This document shows, one piece after another, positions 12,201 through 23,780 of a stretch of 63,734 nt of DNA; positions within the stretch are counted from its first letter, which is position 1; the number at the start of each line of letters is the position of its first letter. Source of the stretch: Lama glama. Lineage: Eukaryota. A model generated the notes under the pieces. It saw only the letters and a program-made list of their open reading frames with translations, was not told where the DNA came from and did no database searches. The DNA is taken from contig CM052817.1 of NCBI GenBank assembly GCA_028534125.1, positions 33,358,267 through 33,422,000 on the forward strand, in the 5' to 3' direction. The position numbers and the translations under genes were made by a program.

Positions 12201-13077
12201 GTCAGGTTTAGGTAAGAATAGCAGGTATAGAGCACCAGCATACTGCAAACAAAGCAGCCTGGCCATCATCGGGTGGGCAATGCCCTTGCTTTACAACCCC
12301 CAGCCCCGCTCGCTCGTGGGCGACCGCAGAGCAAGAGAACCAAGACCCGGGTGAGAGCAGAGCCCTGCTGTTGACTCCTTTCAGGTGAAAGGAATCCAGC
12401 GTTACTCTCGAATATGCAGTCACTACAAGAGCCCCTTTGGTCTGTTCCCCATCTACAAACAGCTTTAATGTAAATTAGCAAAATTACTATATTTTTGCTC
12501 GTGAAAGAGAAAAGGCAATTTCTCACCCTTTAAGTGATCGTTGACTCTTCTCTTTTCCTGCTTCCTGTTCCAATCCGTGGAGGCTTGTTGAAGATGTTAG
12601 CCTTAAAAATGAGTGATAAAGACTGTCTAAGTCACAGGCTGAGAGAGCCGGTGAGAAGTTAACCATATGATAACAATTAAGTGGTGCCTGCGCTGAGGCT
12701 AAAAACGTGAAAGGCTGTTTGAGAGTGGATTCTCAGCTGTCTCCTGTATGTAGCTTTGTCTTCAGTAATTTTTGGTGGAACTTGATCACTTTGCCTTCTT
12801 TCTGATGGCAAGTTATTTTTAAATCTCTTTTCCCAGAAACAGAATCTTATTTTAAATTCTCTTAGATTCTGAAAGTGGGCAAAAGAGTTGGGCAAAATGT
12901 GACACTTCAGAAAGTTTTGCCTGAGCCAACATTATTTCCTTATGGAGTTTTGTTTTTGTTTTTGTTTTTTTGTTTTTGTGTTTTCAACTTAAACACCTAT
13001 TTCTTGGTAACAATGCAAGGCAGTGCAAAAAACTCAGCATTGGAAGTGGGGAAGGTTGGATACAGTGTTCTTGCTTT

Positions 13078-13205
13078 AACAGCTCTATGGAGGCGTAACT
13101 GACATATAATAAGCTGAACCCATTTCGAGTGTCAACTTTGGTAAGTTTTGAAACCATCGCCACAATCATGAAAAAGAAGATATGTCACCCTTAGAAATTC
13201 CTAGA
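13078..13205 (-). mobile_element. Old L1 3' terminal fragment
   Basis: GAGGCGTAACTGACATATAATAAGCTG...AAACCATCGCCACAATCA. Confidence 0.6.
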
Positions 13206-14939
13206 GTTTGGATGTCTCTTTTCCCTTCCTCTAAAATGTGTCCATTTTTTTCTAAGGGAAGGGAAAACACTATTTATCATTAGGGGCATTATCCATATGA
13301 GGAACCTAGGCAGAGAAGCTGGGAGCGGGGTGACAACTCCATTACAAAACTGACTTTTAGAGCTATAAGAGGACCTAATTACCCCATTATGTAGACTATC
13401 TGCTTTCTCAGCTCCAGGTCTGCTAACTAGGAAAAAGGCTTTGGGGGCACGAGTGTCCTTCAGGAATTTCTAAACACTCCATAAACTAGGCTCGTCCAGC
13501 CCGATGGGGCTCTCTGAGGTCTTATTATAAACAGATGGGAAAGAAAGTATATTGACTCTCCGTGACCTTTTTGGAGTCACTTATAAAGACATGAGTGAAG
13601 TGAATGGTCATGAAAACACAGTTCCCTGATTTCTGAAGCAGAATTCAACCCATAAGACCCAATAGTCCCAGACAAAGGTCAAGACATATACTCAGAAACT
13701 AAACTAAAAGAAAAAAAAAAAAGATAAGACCAAAGGAAACATTCATGCTCATCTGAGTCACTGCAGCTTCTGAGTTGGATCCCCTGTGAAGGACTAAAGA
13801 ATTATGAAACGTTTTGGCTGGGCAGGAGGAAGGAGTGTTCACCAGACTGCCTTGCAACGCTCAGTGCAGGAAATTATCCATCAGGTGGGAGAGGATACCC
13901 TGCAATTCCATCCAGATGAGGCATGATCAGAACAATGAAGGGGCTACATTCAAAAATGAAACAAAACCAAATGAGATGAGCTGAGGTTAGACTGAGGAGC
14001 TGGGCAGGACAGCAGCATTGGAAATAATGTCAGTTCTGTATACTCCTGGACCTTAGAAATATGTCTGTGTGTTATTTCATCTCAGAGCGCTAATTCACAT
14101 CTCTTAAATTCCTTGGAAGTCCAGGAATCAGCCTAAGGGGAGGGTCAAAGGGAGCATCAATTGTTCAGGGGACAGGGGGTGTAGTATGTAATTGTTGAAA
14201 CGGATTCAATATGACTGAATCTAAATAAACACATGGCTTTATCAGAGATGAAAGGCTCTGACCAGCTCTGAGCCTCTTTCCCTGAAAAGCACAGAGATAC
14301 CAAAAGGGAATCTTATCAAGGGGTTTTAGAATCCAGAAGGAGATATGAAGCTGCAGACTTAAAACATACACAAGATAGGATCTAGAGACCAATTGAGCTG
14401 ACTTGAATTCCCTGTGTCTTTCCTTTCATTTTTGCTTTTCTCTCTTAAAAACTGACAAATATCTGTGTGCAACCGCAGGGGGGAATTCAAGAAACACTAT
14501 ATTTCTGAAATAAAAGGAAGATTGGCCTTACTGTCTGTGAAAAGCCCCTTTTCCTCTTTCATGTGGGCATCCGGAGCCAGCCTCCACTAAGCCACGGAAT
14601 CACTTTCGAGGCATAAAGATCTAAAGCCCCTTGTGGTGGCCAAGCTTGATGATCACTGTTTTGGGGGCTCTTCCAAACCCAGGGGAGCCGGGCACAGACA
14701 CTGGCCATGAAATCTGAAGCATCTCTGAACAAAGCAGATGGGTCTTTCAGTTCTGTCTTCCTGAGAGATTTGCAGGGACCGCCCAGAAAGGAGGCAGAAG
14801 CAGCTGTACCTCACCCAGCAGGGAGGGGCATCCTTACAGACCCGTCCCTGTTAACTGAGGCAGTTCAACATTCCTCAGTCAAAACCAAATGGGAGGTAAC
14901 ACTAACTTTTTTTTTTAATATTTTACTTGTTTCTCCCAC

Positions 14940-15560
14940 TTAACAATACATACAATGAGTAAGTCATAGTATGTTTAATTCCCCTGTTTTGGACAGCCTG
15001 CTTGTTCCCAGTATTTTATTATTCTGAACAACCGATAGCTAAATCTTTGTGCAAATTCCTTATTTCCTTAGGATAAATTCCTAGAGGTGTTGAGTCAAAG
15101 CTGTGCATATTGTGGGGCTTCTTAGAATGGCTGTTTCCAAACTGCAACCTTCCCAGCACTCACCCTCCACTCCTGTTTTATCAGTCTTCACCCCATCTAT
15201 CCTACCATGGCTAAATCTGAGTAGTGTCGATCTTTTCTTCTGCTAATCAGATCATGTACAAGTGGTGTCTCACTGTTGTTTTACTTTGCACTCTTTAATT
15301 ACCTGTGAGATCAATTATTTTTCATATATGTACTGTCCATTCATTTTCTTTATATTAACTTAGTATTCATGCCCTTACTCCATTTTTTTCTATTACAGTA
15401 CAGTATTCCTCTTTTTCTTCATAAGAGCCCCTTAATTGTAAAAGATATTCTTCATCAGCTTTTAATACAAGTTATATATTTCTTTAAGATTTTTGCCATA
15501 TAATAAAAAAATTTTTTTCAGATAAAAAAAAGGTTTCTGCCTTAGAATCATGCTTACAAA
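14940..15560 (-). mobile_element. L1ME-like fragment
   Basis: TTTCCTTAGGATAAATTCCTAGAGGTG and GGTGTCTCACTGTTGTTTTACTTTGCA, antisense to the L1 ORF2 end. Confidence 0.7.
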
Positions 15561-16269
15561 ATTTTCCATTCATCTCTGCTCTCTGAGGGAAGATAGTGGC
15601 TTTTAGACAATGCTTCATCAAACCTCCATGGCTATTCTTTATGCATTTTTGAACAAAAAGAGCAGAGGCAGTGAATAGAAGCAGTGAGACTTAAGTTACA
15701 GTGGAATAAAATCCTATATATTTTTGCTTACTAGAGTTGGTTTGCTTCTGCTCATTTATCACAGAGCATGAAAAGTCCAGTAAATCCCCCTCAATACACA
15801 ATGATGCTGAAAGGCATGCTGCTTCTTCATTTGAATGCTCGCATTCATTTGGAACCCTGTTTCTCTGGGGGGAAGTTCCGAGCAGGCACCCTCAACTTCC
15901 CTGTTAAATATGCAGTTTATTAAACTAGTTGGAGTGACTGCCTCTAAAGCAGAGCTGAGGCAGGAGCCTCTTTGTTAAGGGAGCATTTCCCGTAGACGTC
16001 CGGAGGATGCGAAGGTGATCAGTCCACGGGAGTGGGGGTGGGTGGGCTGGCGAAGCCCTCTGCTCAGGATCACCATCTTTCCAAAGACTCAGAACCACAG
16101 AAACAATTGGCTTCTCTGAATTCCATAGGGGTACATGTGCTTTTGCACAGGAGAAATTCATTTTGTCCAAAGGGGATTATTTCCTACAACAGGGTAATAG
16201 CCAACAGGAAAACCTCACCAATGTTATCTAGAAATCCACTCTGTTATTCAACGCACGTCTCAGTGTCTA

Positions 16270-16826
16270 GAATACATCTTAGTTTTGTGCCTGCCCAGCA
16301 CCCACTCTCTCTTCTTGGGTTGATGGAACTTTGATTTTCTTCAAGGAATCTTACTGCCCTCCTTCTCCAAATCTATAATTTGAGGATGGAGGTACTAAGA
16401 CCACCTTCTGACACTACAGAGATAGGAGTTGGACCTAGCCAATCAGAGCATTTCATTCCCCTTGGCTACGGTGATTGGTTCAAGGATGGGCACACGACCA
16501 AAGCTAGACCATTAAGATTCGATTCCTAGACTTTTCTTGATATTATTAGGAAAGAGGTAAGTTCTTCTCACTAGGGATGCTGACAGGTTGTGAGCCTGAA
16601 CTTTGGTCTCCTCCTTGTCCTACTATGGGAGGAGCCGGTCTGAAAGAAACCTACTTGGAGGAAAGCAGATTCAAGAAATAGAAAGCGGCTGAGTCCTGAC
16701 TCCTACAGTAAGTCCCTAGACTGACCCATGCCTGAAACTGGAATCTCCCCTAAACCGCTTCCTGAGCCAATAAACTCTCTTTTATGCTTAAGTTTGTGTG
16801 GGATGAGATTTTCATCATCGTAACAA
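16270..16826 (+). mobile_element. MaLR LTR (MLT1J/K-like)
   Basis: GCCAATCAGAGCAT..GTGATTGGTTCAAGGATGGGCAC and GAGCCAATAAACTCTCTTTTATGCTTAAG. Confidence 0.75.
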
Positions 16827-17499
16827 TATTTCTAAAAGTGGCAACTTCTTATTAGCTCTAGACACCTTGGCGGTAAAGCCACGTGTAAAAGGAGGTGACC
16901 CTGGAGTCTTGGTTGTAGCCCTACCTCCACTAGCCACTTTCAAATCCTTGGGCTAGTGGCTTTATCTGCGTGGGGTCACTTTTCTCATTGTAAGAAGGTT
17001 TTTGGAAGAAAGAATCTCTAAATGTCTCTTCTAGGGCCATAAGTCTTGGCTCTGTGATAACACTGTGTCAACACTTCAAGTTAATCTGAGGTTCTGTCTC
17101 CAGCTGCCACCTCCACACCCAATGACAAATAACACTGAAAACCAAATCATAAGTACCATGTATGCTTTAAGGGACTACCAGATAAACCAAAACGATCTCC
17201 AAAACATTGCTAGGATGTACATTCCTCCGAAAGTGTGCTAATGAAGTAATATATTAATGCATTAACTATCATAACTATTGTATAGGTTGGTAATAAATAT
17301 TTTGCTTTTTAAAAGTCTACTGCTCCAGTATTGCTAAGCTAAAGTAAACGAAGATCCCAGTATGTCAACAGATGACACAAGTGTTCAGAAGTGACACTGT
17401 CTGCTCCAAGCAGAGGAACAGAGAAAATGGGAAGAGAAGCTGGCCACACTCCTAAGTCTCTTTAGTCATATCTCCATTATTTACTGTGGTGAATTAGCA

Positions 17500-18620
17500 A
17501 TGCTCAGAATTTCAAGCACAGTCATGGAATGACCTTTCAGAAATACAAGTCGAATCATATAACTCCTCTGCTTCTAAGCTTTCATTGACTCTCCAGTGCC
17601 TTTAGGACTAAGTCCAAAACCCTTGATGATACAAGTAAGCTCTTTTTGGTGTGAGCCTTGCTTTTAATTCCATATTGCAACATCATCTTCTTTCATTCAT
17701 CTTTATGTAACTAACCTAACCTAACCCATACTAAGTAAATAGGTTCATGCATATAAAACACTTGGCATACTTCCTGGCATTTAGTAAAAGCTTATAAATG
17801 TTGGCTATCAATTTTGCACATTAGTGATACAGTTCCCCCGAAGGCGCATCACGGGTCCTGGGTCTGTCTGTCCTGAATCCAACCTCACCATGCTGACCCT
17901 TGCAGGCTGCATTGTTTCGGATGGCCCAGCTGGTTGGGTTAGGCCAGCAAGAGGCACTGGTGAAATAATGGAGGACAGGAAGAAGAAGGAACCAGGGTAT
18001 TTCTCTCCTTGCTGCCTCGGTGGCTCCTGCAGCAGTAAGTATGTCTCTTCTATAATTCCGGCTCTTATCAAGCAGACCCACTGTTGTTTCAGCTTCTGAA
18101 CCCTTCTTTCTCCCTCTTGCAAAAGTGATGGTGGCTTCCTGCACATGCCAATTTCTGCATTGCCTCACCATCCCCATGTTTAACTCTGAGCATCTCTCTC
18201 TACCATATAGTCAATCCCCTGCTTTAAATTCCCTCTATTGTAAGTACTTAGAGAGGTGTCTGTTCTCCAGCAGAGACCCTGACTGATTCACATAACCTGC
18301 TTGCACACCTAAGGCTTTTGCTTATTCTCCACCTTTGCCTCCTCATCCCCAAGGCCAACTGTTAGTCATCTTTTAAGACTTTGTTCTACCATCACTTCCT
18401 CTTTGAAACTGTCTCAGCTTTCCACCTACTTCTTCCTGAAGAATGATGTGGATATCCCTCTTCTATACATCTCTCTCATAGTAAGTGGCTTAGTCTTGGA
18501 ACCACTATAGATTTAATTTTCTTAAGAGCAAGTATACTGCTGTACTCAACATTGTATCACAAACCTATCATACAGAAGATGTTAAGTGTTTATTGAATGA
18601 ATGACTAAATGACTAACTAA
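17500..18620 (+). mobile_element. L2 fragments flanking LTR33
   Basis: CTCCAGTGCCTTTAGGACTAAGTCCAAAACCCTT upstream; TTTATTGAATGAATGA tail at about 18590. Confidence 0.6.
17830..18290 (+). mobile_element. LTR33-like ERVL solo LTR
   Basis: GGTGGCTTCCTG..TTGCCTCACCATCCC and TTAAATTCCCTCT..AGAGACCCTGACTGATTCA terminus. Confidence 0.75.
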
Positions 18621-18664
18621 AAACACACTTCTTAAATCCAGATAAAAATAATTATAAACTGTCC

Positions 18665-19140
18665 TTGTGCCAGACACTCTAAGTTACTCATTCAACAGTT
18701 CACATCTCCTTTTTTCTTGCTAACAGAACCCTTGTTCTGTTTGGAGCAGCCAGGTGCCTAGCCCTAGGAAGTACCTGCTTTTACAGCCTCCCTTTCAGCT
18801 CAAGGGGGCTGTGAGCCAGGTCTCTTCAGTGAAGCAAATGAAGACTGCTGGGAAGGTTCTGGGAAAGCTTTGCTTTCCTAATAAAAGGGAAAAGTCACCT
18901 ACTTCTCACTCTGTTTTTTCTATGTCTTGAATGTTGTGGTATCTGGAGCTACTGCAGCTAACGTGAAACTATGAGTATGAAGAAAACAATAAGGATGAGG
19001 GGGAACCCCAGTATATTTAAGATAGCAAAGCAAAAAGTAGGATGAATACGGATCTCATAGCATCACTGGATTTTGTGATACAGGAGAAAAAGAAACTCTT
19101 CCTTTTAAGCTATTGTTCTTTCAATTTTGTATCATAGAAT
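18665..19140 (+). mobile_element. MaLR LTR (MLT1J-like)
   Basis: CTTGCTAACAGAACCC, CAGCCTCCCTTTCAGCT and TCTGGAGCTACTGCAGC. Confidence 0.65.
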
Positions 19141-19269
19141 TTGCCATTTGGGGATAATCTATTGTCGTTCCCTCTTATCATCCCAAATAAAGGGCAACAC
19201 AGTCACAATTCGATTGTCCCAAACCTGCAGCTAATGTGGGGAGTCCAAAGAAAAAACAGTAGGATGATG

Positions 19270-19944
19270 GGAATGATGGTTAATTTTTTGTGTTCAACTT
19301 GGCTAGGCCATGTTATCCAGCTTCAGTAAAACACCAATCTAGATGTTGCTGTGAATGTATTTTTTTAGATGAGATTAACATTTAAATCAGTAGGCTTTGA
19401 GTAAAGCAGATTATCCTCCATAATGTGGATGGGCCTCATCCCATCAGGTGAAGGCCTTAAGAGAGAATGGCTGAAGTTCCCCAAGAAGAGTCTGCCTGCA
19501 GACTGCCTTTGGACTTAATCTGCAGCAACAACTCTTCCCTGGGTTTCTAGCCTGTAGCCTGCCTTACAGACTTCAGGCTTGCCAGCCCCCACAATTGTGT
19601 TAAGATGATTCCTTAAAGTCTCTCCGTCTCTCTCCTAAGTGTCTATATCTATATCTATATCTTATCTATATCTATATCTATATCTATATAAAACAGAACC
19701 ATATATATATATGAAACAGAATAGGATATTTATGTATCATCTGAGACATATATGTGTGTGTATATATATATATATCTCCTATTGGTTCTGTTCTGAGACA
19801 TATACATACACACACACACACACATACATATATATTAAAAAACCAGTAGGATATATATGTGTATCATGTGAAATATATGTGTGTGTGTGTGTGTGTGTGT
19901 GTAGCCTACTGGTTCTGTTTCTCCAGAGACCCATCACTAACACA
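19270..19944 (+). mobile_element. MLT2 (MLT2D-like) ERVL solo LTR with an expanded internal microsatellite
   Basis: TGATGGTTAATTTT..AGATGAGATTAACATTTAAATCAGTAG..GAGTAAAGCAGATTATCCTCCATAATGTGG; ends CTAACACA. Confidence 0.9.
19640..19902. repeat. Compound (TATC)/(TA)/(TG)/(CA) microsatellite
   Basis: Directly visible. Confidence 0.95.
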
Positions 19945-20827
19945 TTGGGTATGTAGAAACTGAGGCAAAGAATAAGGTTTTAGTGGGAAACAAAGACCCT
20001 CTGAGATTTATACCTCGGCAAAAACCATTGAGAATTGTCATTCCAAATTTTGTTGAGTGTGTTTACAATTTTTGGGGGGCAATCTGGATAAAGAAAGACT
20101 TGATCTAGCCCACTTTCTCTTTTGATCAGAGAGTAGTCTACATTCTTTCCAGGCTGAACTGAATTCATCTTCAGCCTTCATCTTTTCTTCTCTGTGAAGT
20201 CACATCCATTAGAATCTGGCCTAGAGGCCAGAATCTTCACAAGCCACTTTTCTATCAAGTGCAGATGGGAGTCTCCCAGCCCTGGGGTTCACATCTGTGA
20301 TCTCATTCTATCATCCAAAGGGTTTCTTTGTTGTTGTCAGAGTTAAAACTGTAGCCCTGCCTCCTGTTGCTTGGAATGAAAATTATGGGATGAGAACCTA
20401 TCAACAGGAGTGAATTATGTACGAAATCAGGTTTTGGCATTTTAACTTCTGAGCATTGTGCTAGGTCGGATTGCTGAGAAATGACAGCATTTCTGGATAG
20501 TGGGATGAAAGGCATACTAAAGCACAGATGTCAGTCTGGTTCTCACCTGTTCTTCACTAGTGGCTGCAAACTCTGAAACAGACTGGCCTTGGGCAGAATC
20601 AGTCACTGCTGGGATTTGACTCCGTCTTCCAGGTCTGCTTTATGTCTTCCAGCCATTAATCTCTGCAATGGGTCCTTTCCCTTGGTGGCCACCACTACCA
20701 TCTCCTCCTCTCCCGACAAAGGGAGAGAAGATAGAAAAACTCTTTCTCTCTGAGATACCTCCCAAAGCCTCCTTTAGGCAGATGGGTAATCTAATCAGCA
20801 AAACTGTGAGCCTTTATACACTCATCT

Positions 20828-20990
20828 GGCAAGTTTTGGCAAACCATGGTCCTTGGGCCAAATCCAGCCTCTATAGATAGTCGTCTCATGTTAAAAATAA
20901 AAAGAGAAGACTATGTGACAGAAACCACATGTAGCCTACAAAACCTAGAATATTTACTCTCTGGCCCTTAACAGTTTGCTGACCCCTCTG
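20828..20990. mobile_element. MER58-like hAT-Charlie element
   Basis: GGCAAACCATGG..GGGCCAAATCCAGCC and AATATTTACTCTCTGGCCCTT..GTTTGCTGACCCCT. Confidence 0.8.
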
Positions 20991-21527
20991 GATTCCAGAG
21001 GAATAAAATCCTTAGCAGTGGAATCATAGGCATGAGTGAGAGATGGAGGAATTTTGTGGTATGAGGCTTGGGCCAGCTTTGTTTAAAAACAAGCAAGCAA
21101 AAAAGATACAAAGAGAAGTCCCTGAACATTGAGACTGAACAACTTGTCCCCATGAAATGGATACACTGTTGACAGACTTCTTTGACTGGGAGAAGTGCCT
21201 TGATGATCATGGATTCTGTTGGCAAGGAAACACTATGTGCTTCTGTTAATACATACTTACCTCCCCCAAGGTACTGCCCAAAGCACTTTTCATGCATTTA
21301 TCCCCCTAAATCCACACCAATACTCTAAGAGGAAGATGTAGTCACTAGCCCCAGTTTATGGATAATTCCCGTAGATCTAATTGGTCCAGGATACACAGTA
21401 GGTTAGAGGAAGAACCTGGACTCAAATCTGTGACTGACATCTATGCATCACCACCCCTCTGCGTTGCTTTCCAGTTCTGACAAAGAGAGTGAGGGGAGTT
21501 TTCCTTCCACAGCCCCTTGGAAGGTTC

Positions 21528-21784
21528 TTTGCTGTTGTCACTGTTGCAGTATAGTTGACTTACAATGTTGTATTAGTTTCTGGTGTACAGCATAGTGACT
21601 GTGTTATACATACATACACATATTCTTTTTCATTATAGGTTATTACAAGCTACTGAATATAGTTCCCTGTGCTATACAGTAGGACCTTGTTTATTTTATA
21701 TATAGTAGCTTGTATCTGCTAATTCCAAACTCCTAATCCATCCCTGCACCCTCCCCTTTCCCCCTTGGTAACCATAAGTCCCTG
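21528..21784 (-). mobile_element. 5'-truncated artiodactyl-type L1 3' end with TSD
   Basis: GAATATAGTTCCCTGTGCTATACAGTAGGACC; direct repeat TTGGAAGGTTC at 21517-21527 and 21785-21795. Confidence 0.85.
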
Positions 21785-22306
21785 TTGGAAGGTTCCTGCT
21801 TCTTGTACATGCTTACCCATGCTTCTCTGCCCTTCTGTTTCCCATCCTCTGGCCCCATCCTCTCCAGCCTACTTCCTCTCCTAACCTCGGTCCCAGCGTG
21901 GGGGTGGACGGAGGCGCAGGCAGTGCAGTCACTGAGCTGTATTATGCAACCATGTAATATATCCCAGTCCTTCAGGAAGTTTGACAAACTGGAATATGTG
22001 TTTAGATTTCTAAACTCAGAGACATTTCAGAGCAAAGAGGAGTAGGCTGTGTCCTCCAGATGGCCACAAATGGTTTTACTCCTCTGTGTACGGCAGGGTT
22101 GCAGCTGCCACTGTAATACAGCTGTTTGCAGAATGTGTACAGGGGGCATGCAGGGAATGTCAGGGTTGTAGGCCTGCTTCCTTCTCCCCGAGGAAGGGAG
22201 AGCAGCCTGGCCCATCTGGTTCAAGAAGAATTCACGGAAGAGCTGCAGAGGGTTCAAGGCTCCCAGCCTGCACGACACAAGCCTGGGTGCAGTGTGCCTA
22301 TGAGTG

Positions 22307-22773
22307 TGTATTAGTTTCCTGTGGCTGCCGTAACAAATGACCCTGAATCGGATGGCTTAAAACAACGGAAATGTATTCCCTCACAGCTCTGGAGAGAAAC
22401 AAAGAAGCCCCAAATCAAGGTGCCAGCTGGGCCACACTCCGTCTGTGAGCTCTAGGGGACAGTCTATTCTTTGCCTCTTCCAGCTTCTGGTGGCTGTCTG
22501 CTTTCCTTGGCCTGTGGCCTGTACCACCTCAATTTCTGCCTCTGTGGTCACATCACCTCCTCTTCTGTCTTCTCCTCTGTGTCTTTTACAAGGACACTTG
22601 TCACTAGACTTAGGACCAGATATTCAGATAATCCAGGATGATCTCCTCATCTTAAGATCCTTCACTTAATTACATCTGCAAAGACCTCTTTTTCCAAATA
22701 AGGTAACATGCACAGGTTCCAGAGATTAGGACATGGATATGTATTTTTGGGGTCCACCATTTGGCCCACTGCA
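22307..22773 (-). mobile_element. MaLR solo LTR (MLT1C-like)
   Basis: TGTATTAGTTTCCTGTGGCTGCCGTAACAAAT..GGCTTAAAACAAC..TAATTACATCTGCAAAGACC. Confidence 0.9.
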
Positions 22774-22889
22774 GGCATGTACTAGCAGGGGAGAGAAAAA
22801 GAGAGAGGCCAGGGCATGGAAGAAACCAGTTGTCTACCCAAGGATTCTAGCATCAGTCCAGCCAGCTCCAGTCTCTAATCCCATTTTTC

Positions 22890-23321
22890 AGTCACAGGGA
22901 AATATATCATTATTTTGCATAATTAGTGGTCAGTATCATAGACACAGGACTGAAACAGTGTAGATGTATGTGCTTATCACGTAATGAGAGTTAAGAGACA
23001 GACAGCTTAAGACTCTTACGCTGCTCTATCATCGTAACTGCAACCCAGGCATCGCCTATCCTCCTGCTCCTTCTCTCTCCATTCAGCCTTAGTTCAAGGC
23101 TGCCATCCTTAGATCACCACGTGGTTCAACCAGGCTGCTGAAGCTGCAGCCATCACATCGACATTTCAGGCAGAAAGAAGGAGAAAGATTAGAAAGGGCA
23201 AAGCAGCATGTGCTTTCTGAATCAGCTCACTTAAAAGATTTCATAGAGGTACACCCAGTATTTACATCTCATTGGCCAGAACATGATGACCTGTAGCTGC
23301 AAGGGAAGCTAGGAGAAAGAG

Positions 23322-23365
<44 letters not shown>

Positions 23366-23455
23366 AATCTAGGCACACTGCTATAGTGAATAAAACGAAG
23401 GGTCAAATACTAAGGAAGAGGGGGAGACTGGGTATTGGGTGGGCAACCAAGGCTC
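22890..23455 (-). mobile_element. MaLR LTR (MLT1J-like) containing (TG)n at about 23323-23362
   Basis: CAGCCATCACATC..CATCTCATTGGCCAGAAC..AGCTGCAAGGGAAGCTAGG. Confidence 0.7.
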
Positions 23456-23544
23456 TCAACCAGGGGGCACTTATAAGTCACACAATTCTTAGCACTCACG
23501 TGGCAAACACAGAGAACACTGTCACCTTCTTTAATTTGGAATAA

Positions 23545-23780
23545 TGACAAAAGTAGCCAACATTTGCCGAGGGTTCCCCATGTGCCCAGCACTGGGCTTG
23601 GTTCATTCCAGGTTCATTAAACTTTACAACAACCCTCTGAGATTGGTTCTATTATAAGATTCCCTTTCATAGATGAGAAAACTGAGGCTCGGGGAGGCCA
23701 AGTAACTGGCTGGCAAGTGGCTGAGCCAGGATCTGAACCAGAGATGCTTGTCCTGTAGCCCAGGCTCCATGATGCTGCCC
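23545..23780 (-). mobile_element. MIR SINE
   Basis: ATAGATGAGAAAACTGAGGCTC core. Confidence 0.8.
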
